A stretch of DNA of 64,000 nucleotides from the NCBI GenBank assembly GCA_963727625.1, contig CAVSHR010000004.1, positions 288,001 to 352,000 of the forward strand, read 5' to 3'. Below the pieces are notes generated by a model, which saw only the letters and a list, made by a program, of their open reading frames with translations, searched no databases and was not told the origin of the DNA. Both the position numbers and the translations under genes were made by a program. Positions 1 through 9,864 of the stretch are shown here, piece by piece (the stretch's first letter is position 1; every line of letters begins with the position of its first letter). This DNA is from an uncultured delta proteobacterium. Lineage in GTDB: Bacteria > Desulfobacterota > Binatia > UBA9968.

Positions 1-1
1 T

Positions 2-604
2 GCGACGGTGATCGCGCAAAAAATCCTTTCTTGCGTCGCCCGCGCCGGTGAAAGCTTCGGCGCCGAACACATTATCGATATTCTTCTAGGCGCCAGCACC
101 GAGCGGATTCGCCGTTGGCGTCATGAGGAACTGAGCACCCATGGTTTGATGAAAGGCACCGACCGCAAAACTCTGACGAATCTGCTTTACCAGCTAATCG
201 ACGAGGGCCTGCTCGAAAGAACCTCGGACGAACGCCCGGTGCTGCGTCTGAACGATGCCTCACGCGAAGTCCTGCGCGGCAATCGCACCGTGAAGTTGCT
301 CCAGCCGAAGGTGAAGGTCCGCAAAACCCGCTATGCCGAGAAATCCTGGGAAGCCGTCGACACCGGTCTTTTCGAGGTGTTGCGAAACCTGCGGCGCCGG
401 CTCGCGGAAGAACGCGGCGTCCCCGCGTATGTCTTGTTCAATGACGCCACGTTGCGCGATATGGCCCGACACAGACCCAGTTCACGCGACGCACTACTCA
501 GCATCCGCGGTGTTGGCGAACGCAAGCTGGCCGATCTTGGAGAACGGTTCCTGGAAGCGGTTTTCGACTATTGTCGCGAGAAGCGCTTACCGTTGGACGT
601 GTGA
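2..604 (+). CDS. recQ: RecQ DNA helicase, C-terminal part (RQC + HRDC domains); 5' end outside window
   Basis: AQKILSCV..FG..HIIDILLG winged-helix RQC signature; HRDC motif LFEVLRNLRRRLAEERGVPAYVLFNDATL..GVGERK; frame is open from position 2. Confidence 0.93.
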   Translation, partial: ATVIAQKILSCVARAGESFGAEHIIDILLGASTERIRRWRHEELSTHGLMKGTDRKTLTNLLYQLIDEGLLERTSDERPVLRLNDASREVLRGNRTVKLLQPKVKVRKTRYAEKSWEAVDTGLFEVLRNLRRRLAEERGVPAYVLFNDATLRDMARHRPSSRDALLSIRGVGERKLADLGERFLEAVFDYCREKRLPLDV

Positions 605-868
605 AGACGGCAGCTGCCATGCTTCAGGCATACATCATTGATCGATGAGGAGGAGGAACATTGCTTCGTCCGCTCTCGGAATTGAGTTACTTGTCAAACC
701 CCGATTCTCCGCCCAACAAAAGTGGTGTTTTGCGTTGCCTAAGGTGTGCTTAAGACCAGCAGATCATTCGTCCTCTCCCCGCCGCAACACTTTACGGCTC
801 AGGCGACGAAGTCATTGATTGGGTTTACCGGACTATCCCGCAACCGATCGCACCTCCATTCTTGTCCT

Positions 869-3694
869 TTATCCCTTTTTAAAATAGTACGCTTCCGGCG
901 CCGGCTTGTAGGAGCGCGGCAGCCAGAGCGGGCGGCGCAGATTGTCCGGGCCGGGCGCCGGGCGGGTTTTGAGCAGCCATTTTTTGTAGACTTCGTGCGA
1001 CTTGTTGGTGTCGACGTAGATGTCGCCGTACTTGTCTTGCGGTCCGGGCTTGGAGACGCGGACCTTTTGGTGCCAGCAATGCTGGCCGCTGATGTAGTCG
1101 GGCTGCACCGGGAAAGTCAGGTTCTGATGCACGCCGCCGTCTTCCCAAAAGATTCGCGACGAGTCGGCATCGTCACTTTTGAACGGCTTGATGCCATGGA
1201 TCGTGCGCATCATCCACTTGCCTTGACCGACTTGTTTGAGATCGACCAGCGCCGTCGACCAGCGCTCGCCGCCCTGCTCTTCCGCCAAGCGCCAGCGGCC
1301 GAGGTGATGCGAGCAGGCGATGACGCCGGGCTTGATCCCTTCCGTGACCCAAACTTTGTCGATGAAGTAGCCGATCTCGGTGTTAATTTTTAGCAGATCT
1401 CCGGTCTTGACGTCCAAATTTTGCGCGTCTATGGAGTTGAGCCAAATCGGATTGCGATGGGAGATCTCGTATAACCACTTGGCATTTCCCGAGCGCGTGT
1501 GGATCAACGTCGGCAATCGAAAAGTCGGCAGCAGCAGCATCTCGCCGGCGTTGAGCTCGATATTCTCCAGGTGCACGTGGCTTTTGATATAACCGGGCAG
1601 CGCGTGCTCGGGCCATTTCCAATCCTTCAGCGTGCGCGAATAAAATTCGAGTTTGCGCGACGGCGTCGGAAAACCGACGCAAGCCTTGCCGTCGATTTCG
1701 ATACCGATGGCGCCGCCGTTCTTTTTGATTATGTTCGTACGCGTATCGGTCTCGGCGTCAGCCAGATCGCTCGCCTTAAGCCCGGTCTCGTGGACTTTAT
1801 AAACGTTGTCGTCGATCAGAAACGCACCGTATTTGCGCATATATTCGAGCGGCGTTAAACCCTGTTTTGCCGCAGTCTCCGGCAAGCCCGGCACGCTGTT
1901 TTCAAAGATCCAACCGTAGTAATCGTCGACGGTCATCTTTTTGCCTGGTTCGTTCGGCGACTCGAAATATTTGCGGATGCCGAGCGAGCCGTCGGGATCG
2001 ACACGCCACGAAAGCTCGATCCAGAATTCATCTTCTTCCCAAACCTGGCCGATGCCGGCGGCCTCATGAGCCTCGTAGGTGGTGTTGAATTTTTTGCCCT
2101 GCTGTTCCAACGCCACGCGCAAAATCGGCTGGCGAAAGCCAATCCAGCGCGCCGCTTGAGTCTCCTGGCTCATCAGATCGTGGCGCTCGGAACCGTGGCC
2201 CATCGGCAACACGTAGTCGGCGAACCACGCGGTCTCACTCCAGGTCGGCGTCAAGCAGGCGTGGCGCTCCACCTTGCTTTCGTCGGAGAGCATCTCGATC
2301 CAGCTCATGCCGTCGGGGTTGGTCCACACCGGGTTGTAAACCCGGGTGAAATACATCGCCAACTTGCCGCGCCCCTCCTTGAGAAAGTGCGGCAAAAGGT
2401 AGCTCATCTCGAAAAATGCGAGCGGATACTCCGGTGGAATCAGCAGCTCGTTCCAAACCTTTGACGGCGGCGGCATCAGCGGCGGCGCGGGGATATATTT
2501 ATTCGCCGCGTTGGGCGCGGTGCCGCCGACGGTTCCAACCGCGCCGGCCAGCACGGCGAGAAACTGTAGCGCGCGGGCGACCTGCCAGCCGCCCAAATTC
2601 CCCGCCGCGGTGTTGCGCCAGACATGGGAGGAAAAAGCCGAGCCGGCTTTGGCGATCTCGTGGGCGACTTCGACGATCACTTTAGAATCTATACCCGCTT
2701 CCTTGGCGGCGAATTCCGGGGTGTACTCCGCGTAAGTTTCCTTGAGGATCGCGACGAAGCTGTCAAAGGTCTGCGGCTTGTCCAAATGTTCCTCGCGCAA
2801 GAACTCTTCCCAATTGACCCACCGGCGGACAAATTCACGGTCGAAAAGATCCTCTTGCAGCAAGATATTGCACATCGCCAGCAAGACCGCGGCCTCGCTG
2901 CCGGGCCAGGAGGAGATCCAGTAATCGGCTTTTGATGCCGTGTTCGACAACCGCGTATCGATGACGCAGATTTTGGCGCCGCGCTCCTTGCCCTCGATGA
3001 TTCGTTGTGCGTGGGGATTGAAGTAGTGGCCGGCTTCTAAGTGCGAGCTCAGGAGCAGCATGAAGCGTGCGTTGGCGTGGTCCGGCGACGGCCGGTCGAT
3101 GCCGGACCAGAAGGCGTAACCGGCGCGCGCGCCGGCGGAGCAAACGTTGGTATGGCTGTTGTGGCCGTCGATGCCCCAGGAGTGAAAGATGCGTTGATGA
3201 TAGAGCAGCTCATGACCTGGCCGGCCGACGTGGTACATGATCTCGTTGCGTCGGTCTTCCTGCAGCGCCTTTCGAATGCGCGCTGCGATATCATCTAACA
3301 CTTCGTCCCAACTCACGCGCTCCCACTTGCCCTCGCCCCGATTGCCGGAGCGTTTCAGCGGATAACGAATGCGCTCGGGATCGGTGACTTGATTGAGCGT
3401 CGCCGGACCTTTAGCGCAGTTACGCCCGCGGCTGCCGGGATGCTCGGGATTTCCTTCGAAGCGGCGAATCTTGCTGGTGTCTTTCTCGACGACCGCTACC
3501 AGGCCGCAACCGGCCTCGCAGTTAAAACAAATCGTCGGAATGATCCGGCAGTGCTTTTCGACTTTGCGCGGCCACTGGGCGGTATCGTACTCCGTCCAGT
3601 CGTCCCATTTTTCCACGGGCGGATAAGCGGCCAGGCCGTTGGGGGCATCGAGCCGTTGCGCCGAGGGATTGAGCGGTGTGAGCGGGTCAGACAT
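869..3694 (-). CDS. Molybdopterin (bis-PGD/DMSO reductase family) oxidoreductase catalytic subunit, Psr/Phs/Arr-like
   Basis: N-terminal 4Fe-4S motif CFNCEAGC..GRNCAKG; RIRYPLKR..WERVSWDEVLD; HNSHTNVCS putative Cys Mo ligand; ETAWFADYVLP; C-terminal molybdopterin dinucleotide-binding domain; no Tat RR leader. Confidence 0.9.
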   Translation of the reverse strand: MSDPLTPLNPSAQRLDAPNGLAAYPPVEKWDDWTEYDTAQWPRKVEKHCRIIPTICFNCEAGCGLVAVVEKDTSKIRRFEGNPEHPGSRGRNCAKGPATLNQVTDPERIRYPLKRSGNRGEGKWERVSWDEVLDDIAARIRKALQEDRRNEIMYHVGRPGHELLYHQRIFHSWGIDGHNSHTNVCSAGARAGYAFWSGIDRPSPDHANARFMLLLSSHLEAGHYFNPHAQRIIEGKERGAKICVIDTRLSNTASKADYWISSWPGSEAAVLLAMCNILLQEDLFDREFVRRWVNWEEFLREEHLDKPQTFDSFVAILKETYAEYTPEFAAKEAGIDSKVIVEVAHEIAKAGSAFSSHVWRNTAAGNLGGWQVARALQFLAVLAGAVGTVGGTAPNAANKYIPAPPLMPPPSKVWNELLIPPEYPLAFFEMSYLLPHFLKEGRGKLAMYFTRVYNPVWTNPDGMSWIEMLSDESKVERHACLTPTWSETAWFADYVLPMGHGSERHDLMSQETQAARWIGFRQPILRVALEQQGKKFNTTYEAHEAAGIGQVWEEDEFWIELSWRVDPDGSLGIRKYFESPNEPGKKMTVDDYYGWIFENSVPGLPETAAKQGLTPLEYMRKYGAFLIDDNVYKVHETGLKASDLADAETDTRTNIIKKNGGAIGIEIDGKACVGFPTPSRKLEFYSRTLKDWKWPEHALPGYIKSHVHLENIELNAGEMLLLPTFRLPTLIHTRSGNAKWLYEISHRNPIWLNSIDAQNLDVKTGDLLKINTEIGYFIDKVWVTEGIKPGVIACSHHLGRWRLAEEQGGERWSTALVDLKQVGQGKWMMRTIHGIKPFKSDDADSSRIFWEDGGVHQNLTFPVQPDYISGQHCWHQKVRVSKPGPQDKYGDIYVDTNKSHEVYKKWLLKTRPAPGPDNLRRPLWLPRSYKPAPEAYYFKKG

Positions 3695-3706
3695 GATGAA
3701 TTTCCT

Positions 3707-5248
3707 TTAACTGAGCGGCACCGCTTGGCCGGCCTTGATCCAAAGATAATCGTAAAACCACAAACCGAAGAGCGCCAGCAAAGAGGCGGCGACATTCGGC
3801 AACAGCGAGCCTAGCGGCAAAAAAATCAAGATCGCCGGAGCCACGACGCCGAGGCCGACGGCGAAAAGCCAAAACGATTTCCACAGCGGTCCTTTCAACA
3901 GCAGGTCGCCGGCGCGAACCGCTTCTTCGGCGCCGTGTTTCATGAACAGCTCGCCGAAGACCATCGCCAAGCCCGCGAGCAGCGAAACCACGAGAATATT
4001 GACCAGCCAAACAAACAGCGTCGCGCTCATGAACTGATACGGCGTAACCAACTCCAGAGAACCGATCAGAATCAACGTGGCGGCTCCGGCGCTGACGGCT
4101 TTAAGCACCAGGTGCCAGAAGAGCATCGGGCTCTGCCAAAAATCGCGCCCGCGTGCCTGAGCGAAAAGAAACGCCGAATAACCGGCCGAAGCGATAGCAA
4201 AAAGCGCAGTGGCCCACATGATCCCCGGCGACACTCGCCCCAGGTCGTACATCTGATACAGCCAGACCCCGATCAATGCGCCAAAGATCATCAACACGTA
4301 ACCGCCCAACACCAACCAGGAGTTGAGGTTGGGTTTGGACAGCAAAAAGAAAAATCGCGATGGTTTCTTTAGGTCCAGCACCAGCAACGCCATGGTGGCG
4401 GCAAGGAATACCAGGGAGAGCAACGGGCTAATAAGACCGAGGAGTACGCCGTCCTGCTCGAAACCCATATTCAAAAACAGCGCCGACAAGAGCATCACGC
4501 CGGCTGAAATCGATTTGGTCCAGAGATAAGAGGCGATTTTTTTGCCCCAGGGAATCCTGTGCGGCACGTCGTACACCTCCCGAGCCACGCCAGGAATCGT
4601 GCGACCGGGAGTGCCGCTTTTGAGCGCGTAAAGATCTTCACCGGGATTTTTTTCGGCCCAGAAATGGCTTGCCTGCGGTTCCATCATGGTCGGATTCAAC
4701 AGGTCGCCTTCGACCCCGACGTAGAACAATTTGGGTCGAGTCCCCTTCTCCGCTTTGCGCACACTGACCTTTTCCAGCGCGATGCGCTTGCTTATAGCGC
4801 TTGTGGGATCGTCTAGATCACCGGAGAGAATCGCCTGGGTGGGACAGACTACTTCGCAGGCGGGTTTGTAACCCATGTCGACACGCGAGGCGTCGAAGTT
4901 GCATTTCGCCGCCGTGTTGCGCTCCGGGTCGATGTATAGAGCGTCGTAGGGACAGGCTTGCATGCAAGATTTGCAGCCGATGCAGCGCTCGTTGTCGAAG
5001 TCGACGATGCCATCGGACCGGCGAAACAGCGCCACCGTCGGGCAGATCTCGACGCACGGCGCGTCGTCGCAGTGATTGCAGCGCAGCACCGCGAAGTGAC
5101 GGCGCGCGTCGGGGTAATGACCCTTTTCGATGTACTTGACCCAAGTGCGGTTTACGCCAACCGGGATGTTATGTTCTTCTTTGCAAGCCACCGTGCAGGC
5201 GTGACAGCCGATGCAACGGTTTTGGTCGATCACGAAGCCGTAGCGCAT
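3707..5248 (-). CDS. Fused 4Fe-4S dicluster subunit + NrfD/PsrC-type membrane anchor
   Basis: CIGCHACTVAC, CNHCDDAPCVEICP, CIGCKSCMQACP, KCNF..PACEVVCP, followed by PWG..IASYLW..DL.KP.RF and about 8 hydrophobic helices. Confidence 0.92.
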   Translation of the reverse strand: MRYGFVIDQNRCIGCHACTVACKEEHNIPVGVNRTWVKYIEKGHYPDARRHFAVLRCNHCDDAPCVEICPTVALFRRSDGIVDFDNERCIGCKSCMQACPYDALYIDPERNTAAKCNFDASRVDMGYKPACEVVCPTQAILSGDLDDPTSAISKRIALEKVSVRKAEKGTRPKLFYVGVEGDLLNPTMMEPQASHFWAEKNPGEDLYALKSGTPGRTIPGVAREVYDVPHRIPWGKKIASYLWTKSISAGVMLLSALFLNMGFEQDGVLLGLISPLLSLVFLAATMALLVLDLKKPSRFFFLLSKPNLNSWLVLGGYVLMIFGALIGVWLYQMYDLGRVSPGIMWATALFAIASAGYSAFLFAQARGRDFWQSPMLFWHLVLKAVSAGAATLILIGSLELVTPYQFMSATLFVWLVNILVVSLLAGLAMVFGELFMKHGAEEAVRAGDLLLKGPLWKSFWLFAVGLGVVAPAILIFLPLGSLLPNVAASLLALFGLWFYDYLWIKAGQAVPLS

Positions 5249-5427
5249 TCCATACCTTTCTAGTCAGAAAAGTTAACTATCTGAATTTAAAGTTTAATTT
5301 TTGATAGCAGGAAAAATTGTCCGCGGTCAATTGAATTGGAAAAATAAAGCCAAAGAGGAAAGAAAAAAAATTGACTAGAGCAAACGAAAGTTGAAGTCAA
5401 AGATCCGGCGATGCCCTTGCCGGCCAT

Positions 5428-5524
5428 TTCTGTCCCTACTTGCGGGAAGATCAGGATGGGGGTGACGCTTCGATGCTACGCTCATCACCCTCTCTCTGAC
5501 TCTGCCCTATCAAGGGGTAGAGAA
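5428..5524. repeat. Degenerate intergenic palindromic repeat (CCCTCTCCC/GGGAGAGGG-type)
   Basis: Imperfect arms ttctgtccctacttgcgggaagatcaggatgggggtga and tcaccctctctctgactctgccctatcaaggggtagagaa. Confidence 0.55.
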
Positions 5525-5596
5525 CCGTTCGCGCTTACCCCGTGAGAGAGTCTGCCGCCACATTGGGTTGAATCGATAACTAACGTACTACAAAGC

Positions 5597-7045
5597 TCAG
5601 CTTTTCCGCGTCGGAAACGCCGGTGGAATAATTTGCTCGACGGTGCGGCTGTTCCAGTCGCGCGCGGACCAGTTGTCCCAGGCCCGCGTTGCACCGGCCT
5701 CGGCCTGCGCGAACAGCTCATCGTCGTTGAGCCGCGTCGACCGGCCGTTCTCTACGACCACTTCGCCGTCGACGATCACGGTTTCGACATCGGCGCCGCT
5801 GCCGTACTCGACCAAGGCGTTGATCGGATCGCGCATCGGACCAAGACGCGTGCTGCGTAAATTGATGACCACCACATCCCCTTTCGCGCCGACTGCGAGG
5901 CGCCCCAAATCCGAGCGGCCCAGCGCATCTGCCCCTCCGATGGTCGCGGCGTTGAAAACATCCGCTGCGCGCGCGCCGGAAGCGTTGCGGTCGACCAGCC
6001 GGGAAATCAGCGAGGCGTAGCGCATTTCGGCGACGATATCGAGCGGATAGCTGTCCGTACCCAAACCAATGCGGACTCCGGCGGCGCGGTACTGATCGAA
6101 AGACTCCATGGCGAAGGCCATCTTGGCGCATTTGTGCGGACAATGGCCGATGGTCGCGCCGGTTTCGGCGAGAATTTTCAATTCATCGCCGCGGGGATAG
6201 TCGACGCGGGAGTGACCGCCGGTAATCGCCATGTGGCCTAGTATGGTGCGGGGTCCGAGGATGCCGTTATCGGCGAGATATTCCGCTACAGGCTTGCGAT
6301 ATTTATTCAGGATCTCCAGGAACTCGCGGAAATTTCCGCCCGCGTGAATATGGATCGGCACATCCAATTCTTTTGCCGCGGCCACGCTCTCCCTGAGCAG
6401 CGACGGCTCGCAGGTCTCGGCTTGCGCCGGATTCAAAATTCCCTGCAAACGGCCTTTGTGCGCACCGTGAAATTTTTTAATGAAGTCGACCGCGACCTTT
6501 AGTCCCGGACGCCCCTTGTCGGCGCGCTCCTCGTAATAGTGCCGGCCCTGGGCGTCGGTGAAGATATCGTGGCTGCGAAACGGCGGGCTGAAGAAAACAC
6601 GCCCGCCGGTTTGCCCGACGATGGCGACGTAATCATCCAGCGCGCCGGGGCCTCCGCCGGGATCCAAAACCGTGGTCGCGCCGTTACGCAGCGCGCTGTA
6701 GAGCGCGTACTTTCGCCCTATGGCGACCGACGGTGGAGGAGGAGGTTGGATTTTTTCCTTGAGCGGCGCGCCGAACACGAACCAGTTCGCGGAAAGGTAG
6801 TCTTTCTTGGTAACGTCGGTGAGCAGGTAATCGCCGACGTTGAGTTGCGTGTGCACGTGCAAATTGACGAACCCCGGCGAAACGATCTTTCCCGACGCGT
6901 CGATGACCCGGTCCACCGGCTCGGACCGATCCGTGCCGACGGCTTTGATGCTACTGCCGTCGATGACCACCGATCCGTTGGGGATGATTTCATGCCCGGC
7001 GCCGGACCAACCCACCACGGCGCCGCCGTCAATGCGAATTTTCAT
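5597..7045 (-). CDS. Metal-dependent amidohydrolase, SsnA/chlorohydrolase/deaminase family
   Basis: PGFVNLHVH metal motif; IHIH; ILGH; GLGTDSYP; ATIGGADALGRSDLGRL..G.KGD. Confidence 0.9.
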   Translation of the reverse strand: MKIRIDGGAVVGWSGAGHEIIPNGSVVIDGSSIKAVGTDRSEPVDRVIDASGKIVSPGFVNLHVHTQLNVGDYLLTDVTKKDYLSANWFVFGAPLKEKIQPPPPPSVAIGRKYALYSALRNGATTVLDPGGGPGALDDYVAIVGQTGGRVFFSPPFRSHDIFTDAQGRHYYEERADKGRPGLKVAVDFIKKFHGAHKGRLQGILNPAQAETCEPSLLRESVAAAKELDVPIHIHAGGNFREFLEILNKYRKPVAEYLADNGILGPRTILGHMAITGGHSRVDYPRGDELKILAETGATIGHCPHKCAKMAFAMESFDQYRAAGVRIGLGTDSYPLDIVAEMRYASLISRLVDRNASGARAADVFNAATIGGADALGRSDLGRLAVGAKGDVVVINLRSTRLGPMRDPINALVEYGSGADVETVIVDGEVVVENGRSTRLNDDELFAQAEAGATRAWDNWSARDWNSRTVEQIIPPAFPTRKS

Positions 7046-7080
7046 GACAACTTCCTTTGCAGTTTTGAAATCGCCGGCGC

Positions 7081-7791
7081 TTATGCGGCTAGGGTCGGCG
7101 TATTGTCCGCTTTGCCTTCCAGCGCGTACCAGAAGATATCGTTCATGTAACGCCAGCGCCGCACCGTCGCCTCTTCCACTTGCTTGAGCGCCTGCGCTCG
7201 CAGCTCAGGGATATTGCAATACTTCTCGACGATGGCGAAGCCCTTCGAGCCGTGCACCTCGTCGGCATGGATATGCTCTTCGAAGAAGCGGATTTCGCGA
7301 GCTCCAGGTTTGAAACCGTAATGCTGATGCAGAGCCGGGACAATCTTTTTGCAGATGTCGAGAAACTGGGATTCGAGACCGATGAACATGCCCGCCAAGG
7401 CCACCGGCCAGGGCTTCTGGTACATCATCCGCCAACCCCAGTTTTGCAGTCCTTCGGTGGCCGCAAGCAGGATCGAGCTTTCAACGCTGTCGCGATTGAC
7501 GCCGCAGGCGGTGACAAAGTCCTTGAGCATGTCCAAATGCCGATCGTCGGGGTTCTCCTCATCACCGAGGTTCTCGAAGAGATAATTTTTCACGTCGCGC
7601 TCGCGAATCTGCGATCCCTGATAGGCAAGCCAATTGAGGAACTCGCCGACGAAATGATAGTGCTGCGTACAATAAAAAGCCATCTGTTCCTTAGTCAGCT
7701 TGCCTTGCGCCCAAAGCTCGAAGAACGGATGATTTTTGCTATGCTGCTTGTCACGTGCCGCGACCAGCAGTTGGTGGAAATTACCGCTCAT
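7081..7791 (-). CDS. Heme-oxygenase-like diiron protein (TenA/PqqC/CADD family)
   Basis: HPFF..W..GKLT; ENLGDEENPDDRH (E-x6-H); LESQ; FFEEHIHADEVHG (H-x3-D-x2-H). Confidence 0.85.
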   Translation of the reverse strand: MSGNFHQLLVAARDKQHSKNHPFFELWAQGKLTKEQMAFYCTQHYHFVGEFLNWLAYQGSQIRERDVKNYLFENLGDEENPDDRHLDMLKDFVTACGVNRDSVESSILLAATEGLQNWGWRMMYQKPWPVALAGMFIGLESQFLDICKKIVPALHQHYGFKPGAREIRFFEEHIHADEVHGSKGFAIVEKYCNIPELRAQALKQVEEATVRRWRYMNDIFWYALEGKADNTPTLAA

Positions 7792-7962
7792 GACGATTCC
7801 TCCCTCGGGTCATGCTGGGCAACATTTTTTGGCCGCGTCTTTAGCGGCCTCTCGAATACATAACCGTCTAACTTTCGTGGCAATTGGCGAAAATTGCCAC
7901 TCCTATCTAATTCAACCGGTAGTGTGGGTCAATACGATCGAGTGATATTCTTTTTCCACAGT

Positions 7963-8009
7963 AAAAACGACAACGTCGGCCCAGGGAACGAGCCCGGGCC
8001 GACGTTGTC
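7963..8009 (-). terminator. Intrinsic terminator after the TPP enzyme gene
   Basis: 14-bp stem gacaacgtcggccc/gggccgacgttgtc followed by a U-run on the minus strand. Confidence 0.75.
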
Positions 8010-8038
8010 TTGTTAATCCGGGTTGTGATGGATCTACG

Positions 8039-9775
8039 CTATCCTTCACCCCGCTCGACGATCGCTTCGACCGGTTTTAGCCTGATATCGAGCAGCGCCG
8101 ATTGACCGCCGGCGACCGCGCGCAGGCCGCGTTCCACCGCCTTGCGCACTTCGGCCGGCTCTTCGACCTTTTCGCCGTAACCGTCGAATGCCTTCATGAT
8201 CTGGGAATACTCAGGACAGGGCACGATGTGCAGCCCGGAATAGTTTTTGGACTGGACCGCCCAACCGTTCGGGTAATATTTCGGTATGCCCGACTTCTGC
8301 GAGAGATAACCCTGGTTGTTAAACATGATCGTCAGAAACGGCAGATTGTGTTCTTGCGCGGCGCCGTAGACGGCGGGAGCTGGATCGTAGTTGAACGAGC
8401 CGTCGCCGATCATACAGATGACCGGCCGCTTCGGATTGGCGGCCTTCACGCCCAACGCCGTCGAGAGCCCGGTGCCTAGACCGCCGATGCAACCGTTGAA
8501 AAATGACCCGGGCTTTAAGCCGTCGAGATAACGATGCAGCGCCAGACGGTGAGTGATCGTCTCTTCCACGACCATGGCGTCGGCCGGCAGCACCTGGCTG
8601 ATCTCGTGCGCCACCCAGCGCGTATCCATCGGTTTTTGATTCGCGAGTGCCTGCGCTTCATCGCGCCAAGCCTTTCTAGCGGTGTTGTTCTTCTTTCCCA
8701 GCTCCTCGGCGCGTTGCTTGCGCGAAGCATCGTTGGCGGAGACTTTCTTCTTGAGCGCTGCCAACAGACTCTCCAGCGAGCTCTCGATTTCGCCGGTTAA
8801 ACAGAGATCAGCTTGGTAGCCGTAGTACGGCATATCGTGGCGCAGGGGATTTTCATCGAGTATCGCCACCGTCGCCCCCGGCGACGGCGTAACCGAAGCC
8901 GGATGCCAAGGCGCGATGACCGATAGCAAAAGGATCACATCGGCGCCCGCCGAAGCCCTTTTTGGATCATAACCGCCATGGAGCGGATGTACGCGCGGGA
9001 AGTTGAGCGCCCCCGTGCTCCGGGTCTCGCATACCGCGCAACCCAAAAGCTCGGCGATCTCTACCAGGCAATGCACCGACTTTTCCGTGCGGCCGGAATC
9101 TTCCGCGATGATCACCGGATTCTTCGCCCCGGCCAGCAAATTGGCCAGCTCTTCGATGCCCTTGGCATCTGCGGTCGCACCGGGCGCAAAACCGTGATCT
9201 CCCGGAACATCTCTAATCATTTCGGCGAACAGATATTCCATCGGCAAAGAAACAAACGTCGGCCCCTTGGGCGCGGCCATCGCCAGTTGGCAGGCGCGTT
9301 GAATCGTCGCCGGTAAAACCGCTTTGTTATTTACTCCGAAGCTCCATTTCACCGTCGGTTCGACCAACTTCGCGGGCCCACCGATGTTGGAGAGATGACC
9401 CAGCCACTGCCCGCCTGGATCGGGGCCATCGTCTTCGCCGAAACCGACCGACTCGCCAGTTAAAACCACCATGGGCACTTGCTCGCGCACCGCGGCGCGC
9501 ATCCCCATCGTCGCGTGCAAAGAGCCGACCGTGGTGTGAATCATGACCGCCGGCAGCTTGCCGGTGGATTTGGCATAGCCGCTCGCCATGCCGACGGCAA
9601 CTTCCTCATGGCGCGTGCTCAAATATTGCGGCATGCCTTCGACGCCCGGCTCCGCGAGCGCCTCCCAGACCGGGGACCATTCCGAGCCTGGAGAAGCAAA
9701 AATTTTCTCCACGCCCATTTTTGCCAGCACGCGCAACATGGTTTGCGCTCCGGTCAATCCTTTGGTTTGAATCAT
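8039..9775 (-). CDS. Thiamine-pyrophosphate-dependent enzyme (acetolactate synthase/benzoylformate decarboxylase-like)
   Basis: RHEEVAVGMASGYAK; TPP motif GDGSFNY..(x24)..NN. Confidence 0.92.
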   Translation of the reverse strand: MIQTKGLTGAQTMLRVLAKMGVEKIFASPGSEWSPVWEALAEPGVEGMPQYLSTRHEEVAVGMASGYAKSTGKLPAVMIHTTVGSLHATMGMRAAVREQVPMVVLTGESVGFGEDDGPDPGGQWLGHLSNIGGPAKLVEPTVKWSFGVNNKAVLPATIQRACQLAMAAPKGPTFVSLPMEYLFAEMIRDVPGDHGFAPGATADAKGIEELANLLAGAKNPVIIAEDSGRTEKSVHCLVEIAELLGCAVCETRSTGALNFPRVHPLHGGYDPKRASAGADVILLLSVIAPWHPASVTPSPGATVAILDENPLRHDMPYYGYQADLCLTGEIESSLESLLAALKKKVSANDASRKQRAEELGKKNNTARKAWRDEAQALANQKPMDTRWVAHEISQVLPADAMVVEETITHRLALHRYLDGLKPGSFFNGCIGGLGTGLSTALGVKAANPKRPVICMIGDGSFNYDPAPAVYGAAQEHNLPFLTIMFNNQGYLSQKSGIPKYYPNGWAVQSKNYSGLHIVPCPEYSQIMKAFDGYGEKVEEPAEVRKAVERGLRAVAGGQSALLDIRLKPVEAIVERGEG

Positions 9776-9864
9776 ATCTCGTCCTTTCGATGTTTAATTA
9801 AGAAGCAGCCGCCAGCTCCAAGCATAAATCGAGTTCGCGCAGAGCTGACAGCCAGATCTCGAGT

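Noticed and set aside
5270-5400. Possible FNR box in the AT-rich region upstream of the molybdoenzyme operon
   Set aside because: Only TTGAT-like half-sites; no TTGAT-N4-ATCAA.
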